Source: Candidatus Sericytochromatia bacterium (GTDB lineage Bacteria; Cyanobacteriota; Sericytochromatia; S15B-MN24; UBA4093). Taken from it: a stretch of DNA of 64,000 bases. The stretch lies in the NCBI GenBank assembly GCA_036676495.1, contig JAKFCT010000082.1, positions 64,228-128,227 of the forward strand, given 5' to 3'. Numbering within the stretch: the stretch's first letter is position 1; each line of letters opens with the position of its first letter. The position numbers were made by a program, and so were the translations under genes. This document shows positions 32,339 through 42,825 of this stretch, piece by piece. The notes beneath the pieces were generated by a model. That model was not told the origin of the DNA, made no database searches, and saw only the letters and a list, made by a program, of their open reading frames with translations.

Positions 32339-33283
32339 TTGGCGCTCCACCCCCGTCTCGCCCTGGTCGGCCTCGGCTTCGCCCTGATCGCGACCCTCTC
32401 GCCCCCCTCGGCCGCAGGAAACCCTCTCCCCTTCGCCCTGCGCACCCTCGACGACCACCTCGCCATGCTCCCCGTCTCCCCCGGTGAAGTCGTCACCCTC
32501 GCCGCCTACGATCCCCAGACCCAAGCCCCGCTCTCCGTCCGCTGGACCCATGCCGCCGGAGCCATCGCCCACGGCGCCCGCGACGCCCGCTGGAAAGCCC
32601 CCGACCAGCCCGGCGTCTACTCCCTGATCGGCGTCGCCCAGCACGGTGACAAGACCTTTCGGCGCCGGCTGAACGCCTTCGTCACCGTCCCCGCCGCCGC
32701 CGCCAAGGACGGAGTCATCAACGGCTATCGCGTCGGCCGCTATCCCGCGCTCATGGCCCTCGGAACCCGCTCAACCGTCAGCCGCAGCACGCCCGGCCGC
32801 GCCTCCGAGTTCCCCGAAGGCTTCATCAAGCTCGATGCCGCATCCCGCAAGGCCAAGGTCTCCCGCCACTTCACCCTCGGCCAGTTCGAAACCAAGGACG
32901 GAAACCGGCCCGAAAAATACATGTTCCTGAGCCCCCGCCTGATCACCAAGCTGGAGCGCATCGTCGACGCCCTCAACGCCGACGGCTACCCCGCAAACGG
33001 TCTGCGCATCATGAGCGGCTACCGCACCCCCGCCTACAACTCCGGCATCGGCAACAAAACCTCGCTCAGCCGCCATACCTACGGCGACGCCGCGGATATC
33101 CTCGCCGATGACTGGAACCGCGATGGCCAAATCACCCGGGCCGACGCCCAGATCCTCTACCGAATCGCCGATCGACTCGACCGAACGACCGAGCTAAAAG
33201 GCGGACTCTCGCTCTACAAGCCGACTTCCGCCCACGGTTGGTTCGTTCACGTGGATACGCGCGGTAAAGCGAGTAGGTGGTAG
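32339..33283 (+). CDS. Secreted peptidase M15A (D-Ala-D-Ala carboxypeptidase-like) with an N-terminal beta domain
   Basis: SRHFTLGQF, SGYRTPAYN, SRHTYGDAAD and FVHVDTRG; TTG start after AGGAGG; TTGACC...TACAAT promoter upstream. Confidence 0.85.
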   Translation: MALHPRLALVGLGFALIATLSPPSAAGNPLPFALRTLDDHLAMLPVSPGEVVTLAAYDPQTQAPLSVRWTHAAGAIAHGARDARWKAPDQPGVYSLIGVAQHGDKTFRRRLNAFVTVPAAAAKDGVINGYRVGRYPALMALGTRSTVSRSTPGRASEFPEGFIKLDAASRKAKVSRHFTLGQFETKDGNRPEKYMFLSPRLITKLERIVDALNADGYPANGLRIMSGYRTPAYNSGIGNKTSLSRHTYGDAADILADDWNRDGQITRADAQILYRIADRLDRTTELKGGLSLYKPTSAHGWFVHVDTRGKASRW

Positions 33284-33357
33284 TCGTATAATGGCGGGAG
33301 GGGCCTCTTCCCGTTTGCGTTGAGAAGGGGCCGTCGGGTCTGCAAAAGGAGGCAGTG

Positions 33358-34437
33358 ATGCCGATCCTTTCCAAGTGCAAGGTCGTTCTCGCCGCCGCGA
33401 TCCTCCTCGGGAGTCCGGCCCTCGGAGGGGAACCCCTCTGGGGAGCTCCCGAGCCGAGCTTGCCTTCCGGGGAACGGGTCGCCGCTGCCCAACCCGCCGC
33501 CGCGTCGGTCCTCGGCCGGGAATGGCGCTACACCGTTCAGCCCTCGGATACCCTGAGCCGCATCGCCGCCCGCCACGGCCTCGACCTGCGCCGCCTGCTC
33601 GCCATCAACTCCCTCACCACCCGCAAACCCCTGCGCGCCGGCCAGATCCTCCACCTGAGCGATCGCCACATCGCCCCGCCCTCCGAAGGAGCCGCCCTCG
33701 TCGTCAACATCCCCGACGCCCTCCTCTACCGCTACGACGCCACGGGCATCACGGTCTACCCCGTCGCCCTCGGAGAACCCTCCTCCAAGACCGCCGAGGA
33801 CCCCACGCGCTGGCGCACCCCCACCGGCACCTTCAAGGTCGTGGAGAAACGCAAGGACCCCGTCTGGACCGTCCCCCCGTCCATCCAGGACGAGATGCGC
33901 CAAGAGGGCAAAGAGGTCCTGACCAAGGTCAAACCCGGCGCCTCGAACCCCCTCGGCACTCGCTGGATCGGCCTATCGGCCTGGGGGTACGGCATCCATG
34001 GCACCAACGCGCCCACCTCCATCGGGCGCTACTCCACCCACGGCTGCGTCCGCATGCGCTCCGAACACGTCGAGGAGATCTTCGACGCCGTCTCCAACGG
34101 CACGCCCGTCCGGATCGTCTACCAGCCGGCCAAGCTCGCCGTCGACGGCGACGCCGTCTACCTGGAAGTCTCCCGCGACGTCTACCGCCGCATCCCCGAC
34201 ATGAACGCCCACGTCCAACGCCTGATCCGGGACGCCGGCCTCGCGGATCGCGTCGACCCCGCCCACGTCACGCGCGTCGTCAAGGGGCGCTGGGGAGTCG
34301 CCACCCGCATCGACCGCGGAGCCCCCATCCCCTTCGAGAAACCCAAGACCGTACCCTCGGCTACCCCCACGCCCCCTCGCCAATCCACGCCACAGCCTCC
34401 CTCCACCCCCTCCGCGACCCCCCAGGAGACTCCCTGA
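33358..34437 (+). CDS. LysM-domain L,D-transpeptidase (YkuD family)
   Basis: LysM YTVQPSDTLSRIA, NPLGTRW and YGIHGT...STHGCVRM. Confidence 0.93.
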   Translation: MPILSKCKVVLAAAILLGSPALGGEPLWGAPEPSLPSGERVAAAQPAAASVLGREWRYTVQPSDTLSRIAARHGLDLRRLLAINSLTTRKPLRAGQILHLSDRHIAPPSEGAALVVNIPDALLYRYDATGITVYPVALGEPSSKTAEDPTRWRTPTGTFKVVEKRKDPVWTVPPSIQDEMRQEGKEVLTKVKPGASNPLGTRWIGLSAWGYGIHGTNAPTSIGRYSTHGCVRMRSEHVEEIFDAVSNGTPVRIVYQPAKLAVDGDAVYLEVSRDVYRRIPDMNAHVQRLIRDAGLADRVDPAHVTRVVKGRWGVATRIDRGAPIPFEKPKTVPSATPTPPRQSTPQPPSTPSATPQETP

Positions 34438-34440
34438 CCC

Positions 34441-35346
34441 ATGCTTACCGTCACGGTCCCCGCCACCTCCGCCAACCTCGGCCCCGGCTTCGATTGCCTG
34501 GGCTTGTCCTTGTCTCTGTACAACCGTTTTCGCGTTCGAGAGCGTCAAGATGGCCATAGCCAGACTCGAGCCGTCGGAGAGGGGGCGGAAAGCCTCGATG
34601 GCACCTCGGATAACTTGGTGATCCAGGCGGCAAAACGCCTCTACGAATCCGCCGGCAGGCCCTTTCCGGGGTGGGACCTGACGATGCACGCGGAGATCCC
34701 GCTCGCCAGAGGGCTGGGCTCAAGCGCCTCGGCGGTCGTCGGGGGACTGGTCGCCGCAAATGCGCTCCTGGGCAATCGCTTCACCCCGGACGAGATCCTG
34801 GCCCATGCGACGGCCATGGAGGGCCATCCCGACAACGTGGCCCCCGCCCTGCAAGGGGGCCTGACCGTGGCCACGACGATCGCGAGGGGAGTCGTCGCGC
34901 GGCCGCTGCGCGCCGAGACCCTTCCAGGCTTCGTCGTGGCCGTCCCGGAGTTCGCGCTCTCCACGGAGGTGGCGCGAAAGGCGCTGCCCGAGGTGATCAG
35001 TCGGCAGGACGCCGTGTATAATATCGCTCGCGTGACGCTGCTCACCACGGCGCTGGCGACGGGCCAACTAGAATGGCTCGCGGACGCGCTGGGCGATCGC
35101 CTGCATGAACCCTACCGCCGCCCCCTGGTCCCCGGCATGGACGCCGTCTCGCAGGCGGCCGTCGCGGCCGGAGCGTGGGGCGTGACCCTCAGCGGCGCGG
35201 GGCCCACGTTGCTCGGCTGGTGCCCGCCGGAGCGCGACACGCACGTCGCGGAAGCCATGGCTTCCGCCTGGAAGGCGGAAGGCGTCACCGCCTGGGCGAG
35301 ACCGGTCCCGGTGGACCCGTCGGGAACCCGTATCGAAAGGGAATAG
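34441..35346 (+). CDS. thrB: Homoserine kinase
   Basis: PATSANLGPGFD, PLARGLGSSA, EGHPDNV and SGAGPT. Confidence 0.97.
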   Translation: MLTVTVPATSANLGPGFDCLGLSLSLYNRFRVRERQDGHSQTRAVGEGAESLDGTSDNLVIQAAKRLYESAGRPFPGWDLTMHAEIPLARGLGSSASAVVGGLVAANALLGNRFTPDEILAHATAMEGHPDNVAPALQGGLTVATTIARGVVARPLRAETLPGFVVAVPEFALSTEVARKALPEVISRQDAVYNIARVTLLTTALATGQLEWLADALGDRLHEPYRRPLVPGMDAVSQAAVAAGAWGVTLSGAGPTLLGWCPPERDTHVAEAMASAWKAEGVTAWARPVPVDPSGTRIERE

Positions 35347-35349
35347 GCC

Positions 35350-36585
35350 ATGGCCCTCATCGTTCAAAAGTTCGGCGGCACGTCGGTCGGCAACAGCGAT
35401 CGCCTCAAGCATGTCGCCAAGCGGGTCGCTCAGACCAAGCTGGAGGGCAATGACGTCGTCGTCACCGTCTCCGCCATGGGCAAGACCACCAACGGCCTTA
35501 TTTCCCTGATGGGGGAGATCTCGAACAACCCCTCGCCTCGCGAAATGGACATGTTGCTCTCCACCGGCGAACAAGTCTCCATCGCCCTCCTCGCGCAGGC
35601 CCTCCACGAGCTGGGCGTCCCGGCCATTTCCCTCACCGGCTGGCAAGCCGGCATCTTGACCGAGCCCGTGCATACCAACGCCCCGATCCTCCGCATCGAC
35701 ACCCAGCGCGTCCGGGAACTGCTGGATCAGGGCTTCGTCGTCGTCCTCGCGGGCTTCCAGGGCGTCTCCGAGGCCGGAGCCATCACCACGCTCGGCCGCG
35801 GCGGATCCGACACCACCGCCGTCGCTTACGCAGCCGCCTTGAAGGCCGATTTCTGCGATATCTACACCGACGTCGACGGGGTCTACACCGCGGACCCCCG
35901 GGTGGTGCCCGAGGCGCGGATGCACGGCGAGATCTCCTACGACGAGATGCTCGAACTGGCGAGCCTCGGAGCCAAGGTGCTCCACCCGCGCTCGGTGGAG
36001 TACGCCAAGCACGTGAACCTCTTCCTGAGGGTGCGCTCGAGCTTCAACGAGGGGACGGGAACGGTGGTCAAGGGGGTGGATCAATTGGAGAAGCAGAACC
36101 CGGTGAGCGGCGTGGCCGCGGACCTCAACCAGGCGAAACTCGCCATTCTCGCCGTGCCCGACAAGCCGGGGACGGCGGCCATGCTCTTCAATGCCCTCGC
36201 CGAAGCGCATATCGACGTGGACATGATCATCCAGTCGGTGCAAGGCGAGTCGACCAACGACATCGCCTTCACCGTGGCCGAAACCGACCTCATGCGCGCC
36301 AAATCGGTGGTCTACGACATCGCCCAGAAGATCGGCGCCTCGGGAGTCATCTCGGACGCGGACGTCGCCAAGGTCTCCATCGTCGGAGCCGGCATGATCA
36401 ATCATCCCGGGACGGCCGCCACCATGTTCTCGGCCCTGGCCGAGGCCGGCATCAACATCCAGATGATCTCGACCTCGGAGATCAAGGTCTCCTGCGTGAT
36501 CGAGCGCAGCCGGGCCCAGGAGGCCGTGCAGGCGATTCACAAGGCCTTCGCATTGGATCAGGAGAACGTGCCGGTTATTTCGTAG
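35350..36585 (+). CDS. lysC: Aspartate kinase (alpha subunit)
   Basis: VQKFGGTSV, TLGRGGSDTTA, DVDGVYTADP and two ACT domains. Confidence 0.97.
   Translation: MALIVQKFGGTSVGNSDRLKHVAKRVAQTKLEGNDVVVTVSAMGKTTNGLISLMGEISNNPSPREMDMLLSTGEQVSIALLAQALHELGVPAISLTGWQAGILTEPVHTNAPILRIDTQRVRELLDQGFVVVLAGFQGVSEAGAITTLGRGGSDTTAVAYAAALKADFCDIYTDVDGVYTADPRVVPEARMHGEISYDEMLELASLGAKVLHPRSVEYAKHVNLFLRVRSSFNEGTGTVVKGVDQLEKQNPVSGVAADLNQAKLAILAVPDKPGTAAMLFNALAEAHIDVDMIIQSVQGESTNDIAFTVAETDLMRAKSVVYDIAQKIGASGVISDADVAKVSIVGAGMINHPGTAATMFSALAEAGINIQMISTSEIKVSCVIERSRAQEAVQAIHKAFALDQENVPVIS
36085..36585 (+). CDS. Aspartate kinase beta subunit from an in-frame internal start (putative)
   Basis: AAGGGGGTG SD-like sequence then TTG at codon 246, at the start of the ACT region. 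Confidence 0.55.
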   Translation: MEKQNPVSGVAADLNQAKLAILAVPDKPGTAAMLFNALAEAHIDVDMIIQSVQGESTNDIAFTVAETDLMRAKSVVYDIAQKIGASGVISDADVAKVSIVGAGMINHPGTAATMFSALAEAGINIQMISTSEIKVSCVIERSRAQEAVQAIHKAFALDQENVPVIS

Positions 36586-37024
36586 CCTGCGCGGCCGTGG
36601 CGGCGCTCGCCTGAGGAGCCTTGCGGTTGAGGTGCAGCGAGGCAGCCAGCAAGGCTGCGGCGAAGCACGCGTGGAAGCCGATCATCGGCGTGAGGGCCGC
36701 GGCCGGCAGGCCTCCGTTGAGGTAGAGCTGCACGTCCAGGAGCGTGTTCCAGGACTCGTCCAGGAGGGGCAGGATCAGCCAGCGCTTGGCGGCGCTGTCG
36801 CCCCGGTAGAGCTTCCATGTGATGAACAGGTAGACGAGGCCGAAGAGGGCGATGCGCTGGCCGTAGCCTTGGGTGATCCCGGGGATTCCGAGGGGGAGGC
36901 CGGAGCGGGTGGCGAAGGCTTCGGGGGCGGTGAGCATGCCGAGGCCGGTGAGCAGGTCGAGGGCGCCGAGTGCGCCGACCAGCAGCAAGGGAAACCAGGG
37001 GCGCGGCGAGGTTTCAGTCGACAT
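36575..37024 (-). CDS. Hypothetical four-TM membrane protein
   Basis: AGGAGG SD and four hydrophobic segments. Confidence 0.75.
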   Translation of the reverse strand: MSTETSPRPWFPLLLVGALGALDLLTGLGMLTAPEAFATRSGLPLGIPGITQGYGQRIALFGLVYLFITWKLYRGDSAAKRWLILPLLDESWNTLLDVQLYLNGGLPAAALTPMIGFHACFAAALLAASLHLNRKAPQASAATAAQATK

Positions 37025-37054
37025 GGCGGTTCCTCCTGGGCTATTGCGAACGAA

Positions 37055-37086
37055 GACGCCCCCTGACCTGCGGGTCAGGGGGCGTC
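37055..37086 (-). terminator. Strong hairpin between two minus-strand genes
   Basis: gacgccccctgacc-tgcg-ggtcagggggcgtc. Confidence 0.55.
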
Positions 37087-37094
37087 GCGGTCTC

Positions 37095-37976
37095 TTAGAA
37101 GGGGACGTCGGCCATCGCGGAGAGGCCGCGCAGGGTCTCGTTGATCTCGTTGATGGCGTTCTGGCGCTTCTCGGCGGGGAGTTTGCGCAGCTCCATCAAG
37201 AGGGTGTCGAGGGCCTCGCGCCATTCGTCGCGCGAGGGGCCGTGGACGGAGTAGGTGGCCTCGTAGGCGCTGGCGTTTTGCACGCCGGGCACGGAGCCGG
37301 GGGCCTTGTAGGCGGGTTCGGGGTCGGGATCGTAGGCGGGCTCGATCTTGGGGGGACGGCCCAGCCGCTCGTTGATATGGCGGTTGAGGTCCTTGACCTT
37401 GACGTCGTTGAGCGGCTTCTCCTCGGGGATGCCGTCGTCGCGCAGCAGCATGATCTTGCCGGTCTCGAGCACGCGCTTCTGCTCGTCGACGTCAGGCAGG
37501 CGGGAGATCTGGGCCAGCTTGGAGATCTGGAGCTCGCGGGCGGCGGGGAGGGTGGGGTCCACGCCGGCCTTCTCGATGACCTCACCGACCTTGGCGAGCT
37601 GGTAGATGAAGCTCCGGCTCATGTTGAGCTCCTTGGAGCGGATATAGGCCTCGAAGGTCTCGTGGCCCAGCGCCCGGTAGAGCTCCTTGGAGCGGATCCG
37701 GTGCACGAGCTGGGCGATCTGGGTCACGTACTCCTGGAACGTGTGAAGGAGGCCGTTGAGCTGCTGATCGGCCTCGTTCGCCGCTTGAATCTGTTCGGGG
37801 CCGAAGGAGGGGGCTTCGGCCGGGGGGGCGATCGTCACCACCTCCCAGCCGTCCTCGGAAGCCATCGCTTCCAGGGCCTCCGGGGCCTCTACGGCTTCCG
37901 GGGCGGCCGCCGGGTCGCTTTCGGGCTCGGAAGGGGCGAGGGTGACGATTTCAATCTCGTCGGAGTCGTCTTGCAA
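37095..37976 (-). CDS. Hypothetical protein with a DUF3102/ParB-like helical DNA-binding segment
   Basis: ELYRALGHETFEAYIRSKELNMSRSFIYQL pattern, acidic N-terminus, ends in DVPF. Confidence 0.6.
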   Translation of the reverse strand: MQDDSDEIEIVTLAPSEPESDPAAAPEAVEAPEALEAMASEDGWEVVTIAPPAEAPSFGPEQIQAANEADQQLNGLLHTFQEYVTQIAQLVHRIRSKELYRALGHETFEAYIRSKELNMSRSFIYQLAKVGEVIEKAGVDPTLPAARELQISKLAQISRLPDVDEQKRVLETGKIMLLRDDGIPEEKPLNDVKVKDLNRHINERLGRPPKIEPAYDPDPEPAYKAPGSVPGVQNASAYEATYSVHGPSRDEWREALDTLLMELRKLPAEKRQNAINEINETLRGLSAMADVPF

Positions 37977-38092
37977 GGTCGAATCCTCTCTTGATCCGGA
38001 TGGCGCATCCGGGGGACGCCTTCATGATAGGCGTCCCGTCGCCGAGAGGCAAGCCGTTTTGGGAGGAGGCCCGCGCCTCCGGCAGGATGCTT

Positions 38093-38116
38093 GTAGGGCG
38101 GGCCTCCGCGCCCGCC
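38093..38116 (+). repeat. REP-like palindrome, family A
   Basis: gtagggcgggcctccgcgcccgcc. Confidence 0.7.
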
Positions 38117-38122
38117 GCAACG

Positions 38123-38308
38123 TTAAATCGAGTTCTCGGGGGCCAGGGGCGCGATGCGATAGGTGAGTTCCCGGGCGTCCCGGCGTTCGGGCTCCGGGAT
38201 CGGGCGTCCCTCCTCGTCCACCAGCACGGAGCTCTGGCGGGCCAGGATCAGGAAACACGCAGCCGCCACCCCATGGACGACGGCCAGGATCACGATGACG
38301 GTGCCCAC
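38123..38308 (-). CDS. Small single-TM protein (about 61 aa)
   Basis: AGGAGGT SD then GTG; hydrophobic VGTVIVILAVVHGVAAACFLILA followed by a charged tail. Confidence 0.55.
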   Translation of the reverse strand: MGTVIVILAVVHGVAAACFLILARQSSVLVDEEGRPIPEPERRDARELTYRIAPLAPENSI

Positions 38309-38623
38309 GATCACCTCCTGTGGTCTCGTCGCGTCAGGGCCGCGTCGCGCTTCCTCGAAGAGCCGCCGCCCTGCGGACCCGCCGCCAGCCTCCCCCTTGC
38401 TGGCCACGTGCGGTCGCCGCTCATCCCTTGCTTGGTTAGGGGGATCATGCCCGGCAAAGGTTGCGGATTTCTTGCTTGAAAGTATCCATGAGGTGAACCC
38501 CCGTTTCATCGTTAGAAACGCAAAGAACGCTCGTCATGGGGAGGAGGGCGACAAAGCCCCGCCACTTTGCTAGAATGGCTAAGATCCGCGTTTTGCCTTA
38601 CCTTCCCCCTGCGAGGCCCCGCC

Positions 38624-39831
<1,208 letters not shown>

Positions 39832-39835
<4 letters not shown>

Positions 39836-40638
39836 GCCGCATCCTTTCCGCCTTCCAGGCCCACCCCGGCCTCCTCGTCCCCTTCATCACCGTGGGCGAT
39901 CCCGATCTCGCGACCACCGTGGAGATCATCGTCGAGCTGGCCCGCCAGGGAGCCGGCGTGATCGAGCTGGGACTCCCCTACTCCGATCCGATCGCCGACG
40001 GCCCCACCATCCAGGCCTCCAGCCAGCGCGCCCTCGACAAGGGCGTCAAGCTCGGGGACGTCTTCGGCCTGGTCCGCGCCGTGCGCGAGCGCTCGGACGT
40101 GCCTCTGGTGCTCTTCACCTACTGCAACCCGATCTACCGCTACGGCCTCGAGCGCTTCCTCAAGGAGGCCGCCGAAGCCGGGGCCGACGGCATCCTGATG
40201 CCCGACATCCCGCCCGAGGAAGCCGAGGATCTCCGCATGCTCGCCGAGCGCGTCGGCCTCGATGTGATCTTCCTGGTGGCCCCGACCTCGACCCCCGAAC
40301 GCGTCCGCCTGATCTGCGAGGCCTCCCGCGGCTTCGTCTACCTCGTCGCGGCCACCGGCGTGACCGGCGCGCGCGCCGAGCTCGCCGCCAACCTGCAAGA
40401 GAAGCTCGCGCTCGTCAAGCAATCTGCCCAAGACCTCGGCAAGCCCCTGCCCGTGGCGATCGGCTTCGGCGTCTCCACCCCCGAGCAGGTGGCCACCCTC
40501 CGAGCCATGGGAGCGGACGGGGTGGTGGTCGGCTCGGCCCTGGTCGAACGGATCGGGACCTGGAGCCAGGAGCCCGGCCTCGCGGCCCCGGCCCTGATCG
40601 AAAGGGTCGGCCGCTTCGCCGCCGCCCTGCAGGCCTGA
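39832..40638 (+). CDS. trpA: Tryptophan synthase alpha chain
   Basis: [25 protein letters not shown] and ADGVVVGSA; ATGA overlap with trpB. Confidence 0.98.
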
Positions 40639-40649
40639 GACGCTAAAGC

Positions 40650-40702
40650 TTAACCGGATATTAACCGCGTCCTAGCAATTTTCGACCCTTTCCGGGCGAC
40701 AA
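40650..40702 (+). promoter_or_regulatory. TTAACC-N5-TTAACC direct repeat plus a GGCGACAA element
   Basis: ttaacc at 40650 and 40661; ggcgacaa at 40695. Confidence 0.45.
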
Positions 40703-40742
40703 CTCTCGTGATGCATGGGAGTTCCCGGAAAGGACGGAGATC

Positions 40743-41708
40743 ATGGCGGCAGGACGGATCGGCCTCTCCCTCGCCCTCTTGGGAGTGACGCTCACGGCCC
40801 TTGCGGGCTGCGGCTTCGACACGCCCACCCGCCGAGCGGGTACGGGCGGCAGTTCGACCACCGTGGACCCGGCGCGTGACTACGGCCGGGAGCCCCAGCC
40901 CCAGACGCCGAACCGCGATCCGGACGAGGTCCCCACCAACATTCCCGCCCCCATCCCGCAGCCGCTGGATCCGCCCGCCCCCGGGGAGATCACCGTGCGG
41001 GCCGTCGCCCATTCGGTGACGAGCAACCCCTTGGCGGCCTTCGACGGGCGCTCCTTCAAGACCATCTCCATCTACACCCAGCTGACCTGGACTCCCATCA
41101 AGGGAGCGGCCAGCTACCGGATCTCGCGCGCCGAGGAAGGCTCCGAGCGCTTCGTCGTCCGCGGAACCGTCAGCGGATCCGTGCCCCTCTTCCGCGACGG
41201 CGGCGGGGTTCTCGGCAACCTGAACGTCGCCACCGAGTACAAGTACCTGATCGAGGCCTTCGACACCTCCGGCAACAAGCTGGCCCGCGGGAACGACTCC
41301 TGCCGCCCCTTGTATCCCCTCGATATCCCGGAGCTGAAGGCCCCCGCCAACGGGGAGGCCCTCAACGGCATGCAGCCGATCATGCGCTGGAGCTACGCCG
41401 ATGAGAACGGCAAGGCCAAGGAAGGCCCCGACGGCTTCTACACGGAAGTCTTCTCCGGGACCTACCTGGTCCCGGTCTGGCGGGGCTTCCGGCAGGGGAA
41501 CCTGGCCGACTCGATCCAGTACGGCAACCAGGTGGACTTCTATCCCGGCACGGCCCCGGCCATCTGGACCTCCGTCCTGCAGCCCGGCGCGCGCTATACC
41601 TGGTCGGTCACGGCCTACAAGACGGATACCGGCAACGCCCGGACCGCCAAGGCCTTCGCCAAGAGCAACGCCCCGGCCTTCTCCTTCACCGTGGGCAAGA
41701 CTCCCTAA
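40743..41708 (+). CDS. Lipoprotein with FN3/Ig-like domains (paralog 1)
   Basis: Lipobox LAGC, Pro-rich linker, LTW..GAASYRISR...EYKYLIEA and LQPGARYTWSVTAY. Confidence 0.8.
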   Translation: MAAGRIGLSLALLGVTLTALAGCGFDTPTRRAGTGGSSTTVDPARDYGREPQPQTPNRDPDEVPTNIPAPIPQPLDPPAPGEITVRAVAHSVTSNPLAAFDGRSFKTISIYTQLTWTPIKGAASYRISRAEEGSERFVVRGTVSGSVPLFRDGGGVLGNLNVATEYKYLIEAFDTSGNKLARGNDSCRPLYPLDIPELKAPANGEALNGMQPIMRWSYADENGKAKEGPDGFYTEVFSGTYLVPVWRGFRQGNLADSIQYGNQVDFYPGTAPAIWTSVLQPGARYTWSVTAYKTDTGNARTAKAFAKSNAPAFSFTVGKTP

Positions 41709-41822
41709 TTCAGAAATAAGAGCTGAATTTGTTCCAAGCTTAAAGCCTCCATAACCAAGATCCGACCCGCAACCGGCGATATAACAGCAGATGAACCCGA
41801 TTGCAGGAAAGGATGGGGAGCG

Positions 41823-42824
41823 ATGCGGAACGTGAGGAAGCAACAGATCGGTTGGGCGATCGCGCTGACCACGGTGATCGCGTTGCCGGCGCTGACGGCT
41901 TGCGGAGCCGCTCCGACCGGCCGCCAGCCCGCCACCTCCACCACCAAGAAGAGCACGGCCAAGACCTACGATCCCAACGATCCGCGTCTGGTGGAGCCCA
42001 CCCCCACCAGCTGGAACCAGGATCCCCACGATGTTCCCACGAACATCCCCCAGGGCATCCCCACCCCTCCTCCTCCGACCGACCCCGGGGAGATCGCGGT
42101 GAGCGCGCAGGCCAACACGGTTTCGTCCAACCCCCTCTTCGCCGTCACCGGCAGCAACTACCGCCAGATCTCGATCTCGGCGACCCTCAAGTGGACCAAG
42201 GTCGACGGCGCGAACCAGTACCGCGTCTCCCGGTCCGACGACGGTTCCGAGCGCTTCGTGGTCCGCTCGATGGTGCCTGGCAGCTACTCGGCCTTCCGGG
42301 ATGGCGGTGGTTTCGCAAACCTCGCCGTCGGGAACGAGTATAAGTATCTGGTCGAGGCGCTCGACCACAGCGGCCAGGTCATCGCTCGCGGGAACGACAA
42401 TGTGAAGCCCCTCTACCCTCTCGACGTCCCCGCCCTCAAGGGCCCCGACAACGGCAACTCGGCCGGCAGCCTGCAGCCCGTGCTGCGCTGGAGCTACGCC
42501 GACGCCGACGGCCGGGCCAAGGAAGGTCCCGACGGCTTCTACGTCGAGGTCTTCTCGGGCACCTTCCTGACCCCGATGTGGCGCGGCTACCGCCAGGGCA
42601 ACATGGCGGACTCGATCCAGTACGGCGACCAGCCCGATTTCTACCCCGGGACCAAGCCCGCCATCTACACCGGCGTGCTGCAGCCCGGAGCCCGTTACAC
42701 CTGGTCCGTGACCGCTTACAAGACCGACACCGGCAACGCCATGACCGCCAAGGCGATCGCCAAGAGCAACGCCCCGGCCTGGAGCTTCCTCGCAGGCTCG
42801 GCGCCCACCCAGGGAGGCAAGTAA
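41823..42824 (+). CDS. Lipoprotein with FN3/Ig-like domains (paralog 2)
   Basis: Lipobox LTAC; collinear with the upstream gene, sharing blocks such as AKEGPDGFY and LQPGARYTWSVTAYKTDTGNA. Confidence 0.8.
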   Translation: MRNVRKQQIGWAIALTTVIALPALTACGAAPTGRQPATSTTKKSTAKTYDPNDPRLVEPTPTSWNQDPHDVPTNIPQGIPTPPPPTDPGEIAVSAQANTVSSNPLFAVTGSNYRQISISATLKWTKVDGANQYRVSRSDDGSERFVVRSMVPGSYSAFRDGGGFANLAVGNEYKYLVEALDHSGQVIARGNDNVKPLYPLDVPALKGPDNGNSAGSLQPVLRWSYADADGRAKEGPDGFYVEVFSGTFLTPMWRGYRQGNMADSIQYGDQPDFYPGTKPAIYTGVLQPGARYTWSVTAYKTDTGNAMTAKAIAKSNAPAWSFLAGSAPTQGGK

Positions 42825-42825
42825 G

